A DNA stretch of 64,000 nt. Source: Candidatus Woesearchaeota archaeon (GTDB lineage: Archaea; Nanobdellota; Nanobdellia; Woesearchaeales; JAZDKJ01). The notes under the pieces are model-generated. The model was not told the origin of the DNA, ran no database searches, and saw only the letters and a list, made by a program, of their open reading frames with translations. The stretch spans positions 32,001 to 96,000 of the forward strand of contig JAZDKJ010000006.1 of NCBI GenBank assembly GCA_043803105.1, given 5' to 3'. Positions 17,638 through 26,296 of this stretch are shown in pieces. Every line of letters starts with the position of its first letter. Position 1 is the first letter of the stretch. Both the position numbers and the translations under genes were made by a program.

Positions 17638-19031
17638 GTTGCAATCCTCAGTATTGTGGCTTCTTCCAAGTGGTCTCCTGTCAGGAGTGCTCCTATTGGG
17701 AGCCCTTTTTCAGTTCCTACAGGCACGTTAAGGTGAGGCATTCCTGCAAGATTTGGTCCCACTGTCAGGATGTCCATCATATAATTCTGTAATGGTGTGA
17801 GTTCACTAATCTCGCTGAATCTTGGAGGCAGTACAGGCATTGTTGGTGTAATTATTGCTTCCACTTTCTTGAATACCTTTTTGTATTCTTCAATCAGCAT
17901 TGTTCTGACTTTTGTAGCCTTGATATAGTACGCATCCCTAAAGCCAGCCATTCGTGCATAGGTTCCTATGATTATTCTTCTTTTTGCCTCTTTCCCGAAA
18001 TTCTCTGCCCTGACCTTGGAAAAATATTCGTTAAAGCTTCCTGCTATTGTGTCGTGCGCTCCATATCTCATTCCGCATAGTTTTGCAAGGTTTGTTGATG
18101 CCTCAGATGTTGCTAGTATATAGTAAGTCTGTATTCCGTATTTTGCATTAAGGGGCAAGCTTACCTCTTCGTATTTTATTCCTTCTTGCTCAAGCTTTTT
18201 CACATAATCCCATACCTTTTTTTCTACTGCTTTGTCTATTCCCTCTCCCAAAGCTTCCTTGACTATCCCAATCCGCATTCCCTTGCAGCCTTGCGCCAAT
18301 TCCTTTTCATAATTGGGTACTTTGTCAGTCAGTGTGGTTGATTCTTTGGCATCATAGCCAGATATTACCTGTTGCACCATGGCAACATCCTCAACATGTT
18401 TTCCCATCGGCCCGATCTTGTCAAGGCTGTTTGCATAGTCAATCAAACCATATCTTGATACCCTTCCATATGTTGGGCATAGTCCAAAAACCCCGCAGAA
18501 TGAAGCTGGGTCAACTATTGAGCCTCCTGTGCTCTCAGCGATGCTTACGTGTGCAAATCCTGCTTTTTGTGTTATCCCACCCGAGCCGCCTGACGAGCCT
18601 CCGCATGCTCTTTCCTTGTCAAAGGGATTTAACGGTATCTTGAATCCTATCCCAACATTGACAGAGAAGCTCCCAAATCCAAATTCGTCCTGTGCTGTTT
18701 TTCCTATTATTATTGCGCCCTCTTGCTTCAGTCTTTCGACCACTGTTGCATCAAACACAGGCTTGTAACCGCTTAATATTTTTGATCCTGCCCTGGACTC
18801 TATTCCCTTTACGCAGATGCAGTCTTTTATTGAAACCGGCAGCCCGCAAAGTTTTCCCTTAGGATTTTTCTTGATTGCCTTTGCTTGCTCTATCGCCAGC
18901 TCTTCAGTAAGGGTATTGAAATAGAAGTATTCCTTGTTTATTTTCTTGCATTCATCCAGAACTTTGTGGATGTTTTCGATCGGGTCAATCTCGCCCTTTT
19001 TCACTTTTTCCACAAACTCTGTTGCTTTCAT
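17628..19031 (-). CDS. gatA: Asp/Glu-tRNA amidotransferase subunit A
   Basis: Amidase signature SIKD, GGSSGGS, TGGS, PTYGRVSRYGL and EAKRRIIIG. Confidence 0.95.
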   Translation of the reverse strand: MKATEFVEKVKKGEIDPIENIHKVLDECKKINKEYFYFNTLTEELAIEQAKAIKKNPKGKLCGLPVSIKDCICVKGIESRAGSKILSGYKPVFDATVVERLKQEGAIIIGKTAQDEFGFGSFSVNVGIGFKIPLNPFDKERACGGSSGGSGGITQKAGFAHVSIAESTGGSIVDPASFCGVFGLCPTYGRVSRYGLIDYANSLDKIGPMGKHVEDVAMVQQVISGYDAKESTTLTDKVPNYEKELAQGCKGMRIGIVKEALGEGIDKAVEKKVWDYVKKLEQEGIKYEEVSLPLNAKYGIQTYYILATSEASTNLAKLCGMRYGAHDTIAGSFNEYFSKVRAENFGKEAKRRIIIGTYARMAGFRDAYYIKATKVRTMLIEEYKKVFKKVEAIITPTMPVLPPRFSEISELTPLQNYMMDILTVGPNLAGMPHLNVPVGTEKGLPIGALLTGDHLEEATILRIATCK

Positions 19032-19050
19032 CTGCCTTTCCCGATTTCCC

Positions 19051-19227
19051 TCATTTGTGTAGCTTCTTCCTAAACTCCTTCACTTTCTCAATCTCTACTT
19101 CAGGAAAATTCCCTATGTTGCCGCAGTCATGGCATTGGTCTTCTGCAGTCATTATCCCTCTCCCGCCCTTTGGTATCCTGATGTCTATACCGCCGCACTG
19201 TGGGCAGATTTTAACAAATTTGTTCAT
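19051..19227 (-). CDS. Small Zn-ribbon protein (58 aa)
   Basis: MNKFVKICPQCG...QCHDCG. ATG 19227 overlaps the gatC stop (ATGA). Confidence 0.65.
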   Translation of the reverse strand: MNKFVKICPQCGGIDIRIPKGGRGIMTAEDQCHDCGNIGNFPEVEIEKVKEFRKKLHK

Positions 19228-19508
19228 ACAGCCCTCGGCCCTTTGAAGTATCCTTCTTTGGTGTTTGGCGAGTTTGACAATGCCTCTTTCTGGCTTAAGC
19301 ATTTTCCCTCTTTGTCCTCTCTCATAGCATCTTTGAGTTCGATTGGCTGGAAGCTCGATCTTACTCCTTCAACCTTGACTTCATCAAGCTTTGAGAATGC
19401 ATCAAGCAGTTCCTTGAGCTGTGGTACGAACTCTTCTATCTCCTTCTCGCTCAACTTTAGTCTTGCCACTTCTGCAACATGCCTTACTGTTTCCTTGTCT
19501 AGTTTCAT
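19224..19508 (-). CDS. gatC: Asp/Glu-tRNA amidotransferase subunit C
   Basis: VRHVAEVARL, MRED and GYFKGPR motifs, plus operon context. Confidence 0.92.
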   Translation of the reverse strand: MKLDKETVRHVAEVARLKLSEKEIEEFVPQLKELLDAFSKLDEVKVEGVRSSFQPIELKDAMREDKEGKCLSQKEALSNSPNTKEGYFKGPRAV

Positions 19509-20167
19509 CTTTTCAATAAGGTTGGAGACCTCTTATAAAAGTTTTGCCTCAATACTAAAGTCAAGTCCTTGCCTTCGATGCTGATGTCACAGATTTTTTT
19601 CAGAACCTTGGATTCAGAATTAAAGGCAATTGACAAACCAACCTTTTTGCATACACCTACATCATTATCGTTGTCTCCCACAAACGCAACTTCCTGTAGA
19701 GATATTCCGAGCTTTTGGCTCAGACTCTTCACTATTCGTATTTTCTCTTTGGTACCGTGTCCTATTGGCCAATTGAACTTTCCAGTTATCTTATTGTCCC
19801 TGATGACAAGCCCATTATAGAAGACAAAGTCAATTCCAAGTTCTTTTTTTGCCCTGACAGCCAAGTCCTTTGGTCCAGAACTTATTATCGCGGTCTTAAT
19901 ACCCATTTTCTTTAATTCTTTTACTGTCGCTTTCGCACCCTTGGTGTATCTTGTTTTTCGCACCAGTTCAAAATACTTGTCTGCTTTTTTTCCTTTCCAA
20001 AGCTTGGCAACTACCTCTTCAACAAGCCTTGCGTAGTCTTTCTTCAGGTGTTTCTCGGTCAGTTCTTTGCCTTTCTCATAAGTCCCCAGCGCTTTGTGCA
20101 ATTCCATCCAGAAATTCTTTTTCTCGAATATGACCCCATCCATGTCAAAGCAAACAAGCCTTATCAT
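19505..20167 (-). CDS. HAD-IB phosphatase (SerB-like)
   Basis: FDMDG, ISSG, K and GDNDND HAD motifs. Confidence 0.85.
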   Translation of the reverse strand: MIRLVCFDMDGVIFEKKNFWMELHKALGTYEKGKELTEKHLKKDYARLVEEVVAKLWKGKKADKYFELVRKTRYTKGAKATVKELKKMGIKTAIISSGPKDLAVRAKKELGIDFVFYNGLVIRDNKITGKFNWPIGHGTKEKIRIVKSLSQKLGISLQEVAFVGDNDNDVGVCKKVGLSIAFNSESKVLKKICDISIEGKDLTLVLRQNFYKRSPTLLKR

Positions 20168-20170
20168 CCT

Positions 20171-20854
20171 TCACCTTATCAATGGATATTTTCCATTGTT
20201 TTGACCCCTTCTGTGTTGCAGGAATACTCTGACCCAGAAAAGCATTACGTTGAAATATCCTAGTCTTTCAAACCTTCTGATAGAAGTCGCAGCGTTTGAG
20301 CTTCTGATGAAAGAGTATTTGCCGTACAGCAGTGCTTTGTGCGTGAAGTCCCCGTCTTCATACCTGTATAATGAGGTGTCAAATCCTCCTACTTTATTGA
20401 ACAGGCTTTTCCTGCAGAAGATTAGCCCATTTGAACCAGGATACAAATGCAGTGTGAAAGCGAGATTTTTCAATGCCATTAGCATGCTTGCGATTGCTTT
20501 CTTTGGATAAGGCTTAACCTTGAGTGTTCCAAACTCATTTTCTCTGGTAAGTTCCCGCATGATGTCCCTTACCCCATTCTTGGAAATTGTTGTGTCTGCG
20601 TCAAGGAATATGTAATGTTCAGATGCTGCGTTGCTTGCACCTACATTTTTTGCTACCCCAGGTTTTCTGGCTTGCACATAATATATTTTTGCTTTGTATT
20701 TTGATGCTACTCTTTTTGTGTCATCTGTGCAGCTGTCACAGACTACGATTGTCTCAATCCTTGGGTAGCTTTGCTCTTTAACAGATTCCAGCGTGCGTGC
20801 AATGTATTTTTCTTCATTGCATGCTGGGATTATTATGCTTACCTTCTCCTGCAT
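20171..20854 (-). CDS. Family 2 glycosyltransferase
   Basis: SIIIPACNEE, FLDAD, GGFD..L..ED and TSIRR. Confidence 0.9.
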   Translation of the reverse strand: MQEKVSIIIPACNEEKYIARTLESVKEQSYPRIETIVVCDSCTDDTKRVASKYKAKIYYVQARKPGVAKNVGASNAASEHYIFLDADTTISKNGVRDIMRELTRENEFGTLKVKPYPKKAIASMLMALKNLAFTLHLYPGSNGLIFCRKSLFNKVGGFDTSLYRYEDGDFTHKALLYGKYSFIRSSNAATSIRRFERLGYFNVMLFWVRVFLQHRRGQNNGKYPLIR

Positions 20855-20970
20855 TATCGAAAAGCTTTTTCTCTGCTTTATATGTCTTTCCAGAACAAAT
20901 TACTGCGGTTGAGTGATAAACAAGATTTATAAGCACACCGAATCCTCAAATCAAAAAAGAGGTAATACAA

Positions 20971-21138
20971 ATGGGAGTTCAATGTAACATCTGTAATGGT
21001 GTGTTCAACAACAGTCCTGATTCGCTAGTCTTGTGCGATTTCAAGGATGGCATTGTGCATCTTGGCTGCTGTGTGGATAATTGCAGCATAGATAAGAAAC
21101 CGTGCAAGCACGCTGTTTCAGTTTACGACAAGCTTTAG
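20971..21138 (+). CDS. 55-aa Cys/His-rich putative zinc-finger micro-protein
   Basis: Below the track cut-off. Translation: MGVQCNICNGVFNNSPDSLVLCDFKDGIVHLGCCVDNCSIDKKPCKHAVSVYDKL. TTTATAAG box near 20927 and SD GAGGT at 20959. Confidence 0.75.
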   Translation: MGVQCNICNGVFNNSPDSLVLCDFKDGIVHLGCCVDNCSIDKKPCKHAVSVYDKL

Positions 21139-22892
21139 GTTTTTTTCTTTACAATATCTATTTTTAGGTGTAGGTCTTTTAATGTCTCCGGGGGCACATC
21201 TGATGGGCATCCGTCCATAGGGCATTCTGCATTCTTGTTCTTTGGGAATGCGATTACTTCTCTTATGTCACTAAATCCAAGAAGCAGCGCCGATATTCTG
21301 TCCACCCCTAAACCCATTCCACCGTGTGGTGGAGCACCGTACTTGAACGCTTCAAGCAGGAATCCGAATTTCTTCATCGCTTCTTCATGGCTCAAACCGA
21401 TGACCTTCATCACTTTCTCCTGCATTTCAGGCTGGTTAATCCTGATTGACCCGGAGCCGAGCTCTAACCCGTTCAACACAAGGTCATGCAAGAGGCCGAT
21501 TACCTTTGATAGGTCAGATTCAAGGTATTGAATTGTCCCATCTGATGGTCTTGAGAAAATATGATGCATCGAGTCCCACTTTTGCTCTTCCTCATTCCAT
21601 TCAAATAATGGCCAGTCTATTACCCAGCAGAACTTCAATTCTCCAGGTTTTATTATTTCCATTCTCCTTGCAAGTTCATTCCTGAGCTGTCCTAGCACAA
21701 TGTGCACTGTCTTGAAATTCCCTGCCATAAAGAATAGTGTGCTCCCTTTTTTTGCCTTTGTTGCTTCCAGGAGTTCCTTTTGCACCTCTGGTTTAAGGTA
21801 CTTTGTGATCGAACTCTCAAGTCCTTTATCAGTCACTTTGATCCATGCCAAGCCCTTTGCACCGTATGATGCTACGAATTGTGTTAGCTCATCAATTTCC
21901 TTTCTCGAGAAATCCCTTTCTGGGTTTAGGCATTTGACATGTTCAGCTTTCTTGAAAATCTCAAAGTCAGATTTCTTTGCAACATGAGCTACATCAATTA
22001 GTTCCATTCCAAACCTCAGGTCAGGCTTGTCCACTCCAAACCTGTTCATTGCCTCTTGCCAGCTGAATCTTGGAAACTTTTCTTTAATCTCTACTCCAAG
22101 TGTTTTCTTGACTATGTGTTTGTACAAGCCCTCGACAAGCTGCAGTATGTCTTCCTGATGCACAAAACTCATTTCGAGGTCTATTTGTGTGTGTTCTGGT
22201 TGTCTGTCTGCCCTAAGGTCCTCATCTCTAAGGCATCTTGCTATTTGATAATACCTGTCGCATCCTGATACCATCAGTATTTGCTTGTAAAGCTGAGGGC
22301 TTTGCGGTAGGGCATAGAACTTGCCTGGATTAACTCTTGACGGCACCACATAGTCTCTTGCCCCTTCTGGTGTCGCCCTCACAAGTAAAGGTGTTTCAAT
22401 CTCAAGAAAATCATGATTGTTCATGTATTCTCTTACTGCTGTAACCACATTGTGCCTGAATGCCAGTCTTTGCTGCATTATTGGTCTTCTCAGGTCAATA
22501 TACCTGTACTTGAGCCTTATTTCTTCATTTCCTTCTATCCTGTCATCAACCTCTAAGGGAGGTGTTTCTGCTCGGTTGAGAATCTCGATTTTTGAGCATA
22601 TTACTTCTATTTCTCCTGTGGCAAGCTTTGGATTCTGCATTCCTGGCTTTCTCTCCCTGACCTTGCCAACTATGCCTATTACATCTTCGCGCCTAAGTTT
22701 TTCTGCCTCAGAATGTGTTTCCTTGTTGAGCGCAGGGTCAAACACTACCTGTGTCAACCCATATCTGTCTCTTAGGTCGATAAAGATGAGCCCTCCATGG
22801 TCTCTTCTTGACTGGACCCATCCTGCAAGCTTGGCTTCTTTTCCCAGGTCGCCTTTCCTAAGCTCTCCGCACGTATGGTCTCTGTACATCAA
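21135..22892 (-). CDS. aspS: Aspartyl-tRNA synthetase, bacterial type, probably non-discriminating
   Basis: RDHGGLIFIDLRD, TPEGARDY, LPQSPQLYKQ, RDEDLRADRQPE, a GAD insert and PPHGG. 585 aa. Confidence 0.95.
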   Translation of the reverse strand: MMYRDHTCGELRKGDLGKEAKLAGWVQSRRDHGGLIFIDLRDRYGLTQVVFDPALNKETHSEAEKLRREDVIGIVGKVRERKPGMQNPKLATGEIEVICSKIEILNRAETPPLEVDDRIEGNEEIRLKYRYIDLRRPIMQQRLAFRHNVVTAVREYMNNHDFLEIETPLLVRATPEGARDYVVPSRVNPGKFYALPQSPQLYKQILMVSGCDRYYQIARCLRDEDLRADRQPEHTQIDLEMSFVHQEDILQLVEGLYKHIVKKTLGVEIKEKFPRFSWQEAMNRFGVDKPDLRFGMELIDVAHVAKKSDFEIFKKAEHVKCLNPERDFSRKEIDELTQFVASYGAKGLAWIKVTDKGLESSITKYLKPEVQKELLEATKAKKGSTLFFMAGNFKTVHIVLGQLRNELARRMEIIKPGELKFCWVIDWPLFEWNEEEQKWDSMHHIFSRPSDGTIQYLESDLSKVIGLLHDLVLNGLELGSGSIRINQPEMQEKVMKVIGLSHEEAMKKFGFLLEAFKYGAPPHGGMGLGVDRISALLLGFSDIREVIAFPKNKNAECPMDGCPSDVPPETLKDLHLKIDIVKKKT

Positions 22893-22967
22893 ACCATGGA
22901 ATGCCGACGCAATTTATAAACGTTTTGGCAAAAAGCTTTTTATATGCAGTGCGCACTTTGTTTGTTC

Positions 22968-23210
22968 ATGAGCACTTATACTCCACGGGATTTGTTGAAT
23001 TTTGTGAGAGCCAGCTACCAAGAATTAGCTGTTGGTCATTCTAATCAGATAGTAGCTGTAGTTGATTCTGCAGAAATGCACATCCTGTACGGAAAAAATT
23101 ATGACGAAGTGATGACGAAGCTCCTGCAAACGCCCACTTCCGATCGTCAGGCGAATGTTGTGATTACAAAGCTCCCAGCTTCTATCGACCAGAAGGTTTT
23201 GGAAGAATAA
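22968..23210 (+). CDS. Hypothetical protein
   Basis: Short ORF with a TATA-like box about 24 nt upstream of ATG 22968. Confidence 0.5.
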   Translation: MSTYTPRDLLNFVRASYQELAVGHSNQIVAVVDSAEMHILYGKNYDEVMTKLLQTPTSDRQANVVITKLPASIDQKVLEE

Positions 23211-23242
23211 AACTTATAAGGGGTTGGCTTTCTCTGTTTCTT

Positions 23243-24334
23243 ATGTTTAGGATTGTAAAATCAGACTCTTCCGCTAGGTTGGCAAGGCTTTCCACTCTTC
23301 ATGGCGTCTTGGAGACTCCGGTCTTTCTCCCTGTGGCAACAAAAGCTACTGCAAAGCATCTTAGTCCGCACGAATTATCCGCTCTTGGTTCCAAAGCCAT
23401 TATCTGTAACTCTTTCCTGCTGTCCCTCAGGCCTGGCGTCAAGCTTGTGAAAAAGTTTGGTGGTCTGCACAAATTCATGGACTGGCATAACGTGATTTTT
23501 ACCGACAGCGGTGGTTTCCAAATTTTAAGTGAGCCTTTCTTCAAGAAGACCACCCCTGCGGGCGGCTATTTCAAGTCTCCCTTTGATGGCCAAACCTCTT
23601 TTCTTTCTCCAGAGAAAGCGATTGGCATTCAGGAATCGCTTGGTTCCGACGTGATGATGTGCCTGGATGAAATGCCCTTGTTCTCACAGACTAAGAACCA
23701 GGTTGCAGCATCCACACGAATGACTCACAGCTGGGCTCGAAAATGCTTAGCTGCCAGAAAAAATAGAAAGCACCTATTGTTTGGCATCTGTCAGGGAGGG
23801 ATCTATCCTGATTTGAGAAAGGAAAGTGCAAAGTTAATCTCTTCCCTGGATTTTGATGGCATCTCGATTGGCGGTCTTGCCGTGGGTGAGCCCCAAAAGA
23901 AGATGCTAGACATGCTAAAAGTTGTAGAGCATATACTTCCTGAAGACAAGCCTCATTATTTGATGGGTGTTGGTTCTCCTGATGACATGATAAAGGCCAT
24001 TTCCCTTGGAGTTGACATTTTTGATAGTGCTTTTCCTACCCAGAGTGCAAGGCACGGCACCTTGTTCACTTTTGGCGGCAAGCTTAAGATAACAAATGTC
24101 AAATACAGGGAAGACAGGAAGTCGGTGGAAAAAGATTGTGATTGTTATTTGTGCAGGAGCTTTTCCCGTGCTTATCTTCACCACCTTTTCCGTATTAACG
24201 AGCCATTTGGTTTGAGGCTTGCCTCAATGCATAACATCCGTTTCATTAACCGCTTTATTGGTCAAGTAAAGCTCGCAATAAAAGACAACAATCTGGAGAA
24301 ATATAAGGCAAGGTTTCTGCGTTCCTTTTGTTGA
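23243..24334 (+). CDS. tgt: tRNA-guanine transglycosylase, bacterial (position 34) type
   Basis: TPVFLPVAT, TDSGGFQ, QGG, GGLAVGE, YLMGVG, D.FD and the CDCYLC..H zinc site. No PUA extension. Confidence 0.9.
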   Translation: MFRIVKSDSSARLARLSTLHGVLETPVFLPVATKATAKHLSPHELSALGSKAIICNSFLLSLRPGVKLVKKFGGLHKFMDWHNVIFTDSGGFQILSEPFFKKTTPAGGYFKSPFDGQTSFLSPEKAIGIQESLGSDVMMCLDEMPLFSQTKNQVAASTRMTHSWARKCLAARKNRKHLLFGICQGGIYPDLRKESAKLISSLDFDGISIGGLAVGEPQKKMLDMLKVVEHILPEDKPHYLMGVGSPDDMIKAISLGVDIFDSAFPTQSARHGTLFTFGGKLKITNVKYREDRKSVEKDCDCYLCRSFSRAYLHHLFRINEPFGLRLASMHNIRFINRFIGQVKLAIKDNNLEKYKARFLRSFC

Positions 24335-24388
24335 TAATCCGCAATTTCTACCACAAACTATTTTAAACCAGCTCAAAACCTTCAATCT

Positions 24389-26251
24389 ATGCAGAGCGTC
24401 ATGGACTTCTTCCCTTTTGAATCTGTACGACCTGTGCAGAAGGACTGCATGGACCTTGTGGATAATGCGATTTCCTCAAAATCTCATCTGATAATGCACG
24501 CTCCCACAGGCTTGGGCAAGACTGCCGCAACACTAGTTCCTGCAATAAAATATGCTTTGGATAACGACAAGACTGTTTTTTTCCTGACCTCAAGAAATAC
24601 TCAGCATCATCTCGCGATAGAAACCATATCAGCAATCAAGCAAAAGAGCCAAAGTGATTTTTTGGCAACTGATATTATCGGCAAGCAATCACTATGTTCA
24701 GTTCCTTTTGTCGAGAAGCTTTACGCTGGCGAGTTTTCAGAGTTCTGCAATAAGATGAAGGAGGATCGAAAATGCATTTTCTTCGAGAAGACAAAAAAGC
24801 AGAGCGGTGCCATGACGCCTGAAGCCAAGCTTCTGCTTGACCAGCTCAAGGTGAAAAACCCTGTGCATTCTGAGGAATTTCTCGACCTCTGCAAGTCTGC
24901 AGAGCTCTGCCCTTACGAGATGGCAACTACCCTGGCCTCGCAGTCAAGAGTGATTGTGGCTGACCAGTATCATCTGTTTCATCCTAGCATCAGGCCTGCT
25001 TTCCTTGGCAAGATAAAAAAGAACCTAGCTGATTCCATCATCATAGTGGACGAAGCACACAACCTTCCTCAACGCTTGAGAGACACTCTCACAGCAAGGC
25101 TTACCACGAACTCGCTGAAACTCTCTGTCAAGGAAGCAAAAAAGTTTGGGTTTACAGCCGCTCTGGAGAAACTTGTTAATATCCAAGACGCACTTAATGC
25201 GCTTTCCAAAGGCATGAGGGTCTCAGAAGAAAAACTTCTCAAGATGCAAGACCTTGTCCTAAAAATAAGGTTTCCCTATGAAAAGCTTGTTGAGGAACTT
25301 GCTTCAATAGGTGAAAAGATAAGGGAGGAACAGCACTTGAGTCACCTGGCAAGGGTTGCCGAGTTCCTTAAAGCGTGGAAAAGTGATGCCTCTGGCTTCG
25401 CCAGAATAATTTCAATGCAGGAACTTCAAAAGCAACCCAATATTGTCTTGTCTTATCGCTGCCTTGACCCAAACATCTGCTCTGCCGAGGTCGTTAAGGG
25501 GTCTCATTCAACCATACTGGTCTCAGGTACACTCAATCCCACCTACATGTACAAGGACCTGCTAGGCTTTCCTGATAATACCAAGGAAGCGAGCCTCTCA
25601 AGTCCTTTTCCAGCTGCAAACAAGCTTGCACTAATTGTTCCTGAAACGACGACAAAGTTTGCGAAGCGCAGTCCAGAACAGTTTGACAAAATTGCCAACA
25701 TTTGTTCTAGTATAGCCATGTCTGTCCCAGGAAACATTGCTGTTTTTTTTCCGAGCTATTCCTTGTTGGAGGCTATCAAGCTTCGCCTTAATCTTTTTTC
25801 AAAACCAGTTTTTGTTGAGGACCCTCATTATTCAAGGCAGGAAAGAAAGGAGCTTTTGGACACTTTCAAGAAACAAAAGAAAGCAGGTGCAGTGCTCCTG
25901 GCAGTCTCTTCAGGCTCTTTTGGTGAGGGAATTGACCTTCCAGGGGACCTTCTTAGGGCAGTGATTGTTGTGGGAATGCCTTTCAAGACCCCAAACCTTG
26001 AGACCAAAGAACTCATTAATTATTACGATAAGAAATTTGGTAAGGGTTGGGAATATGGTTATGTCCTGCCAACCATGACTCGGATTCTGCAGAATGCTGG
26101 CAGATGCATCCGTAGCGAGACAGACCGCGGTGTTATCGTCTTTTTGGACGAGCGCTATTCATTCTATAGAAGGTGTTTTCCTTCAGAATGGGACACTGAG
26201 ATTTCCAGGGATTGCATTAGCCGCATCCGGGATTTCTTCTCTGTCAAATAG
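24389..26251 (+). CDS. XPD/Rad3 (DinG-family) Fe-S DNA helicase
   Basis: APTGLGKT, four-Cys cluster region ending CPYE, DEAHN, SGTL, EGIDLPG and QNAGRCIRS. Confidence 0.92.
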   Translation: MQSVMDFFPFESVRPVQKDCMDLVDNAISSKSHLIMHAPTGLGKTAATLVPAIKYALDNDKTVFFLTSRNTQHHLAIETISAIKQKSQSDFLATDIIGKQSLCSVPFVEKLYAGEFSEFCNKMKEDRKCIFFEKTKKQSGAMTPEAKLLLDQLKVKNPVHSEEFLDLCKSAELCPYEMATTLASQSRVIVADQYHLFHPSIRPAFLGKIKKNLADSIIIVDEAHNLPQRLRDTLTARLTTNSLKLSVKEAKKFGFTAALEKLVNIQDALNALSKGMRVSEEKLLKMQDLVLKIRFPYEKLVEELASIGEKIREEQHLSHLARVAEFLKAWKSDASGFARIISMQELQKQPNIVLSYRCLDPNICSAEVVKGSHSTILVSGTLNPTYMYKDLLGFPDNTKEASLSSPFPAANKLALIVPETTTKFAKRSPEQFDKIANICSSIAMSVPGNIAVFFPSYSLLEAIKLRLNLFSKPVFVEDPHYSRQERKELLDTFKKQKKAGAVLLAVSSGSFGEGIDLPGDLLRAVIVVGMPFKTPNLETKELINYYDKKFGKGWEYGYVLPTMTRILQNAGRCIRSETDRGVIVFLDERYSFYRRCFPSEWDTEISRDCISRIRDFFSVK

Positions 26252-26296
26252 GACAAAAGTATTTATATAGTAGTTATTAGTGTGTTTAGCCAGTAG

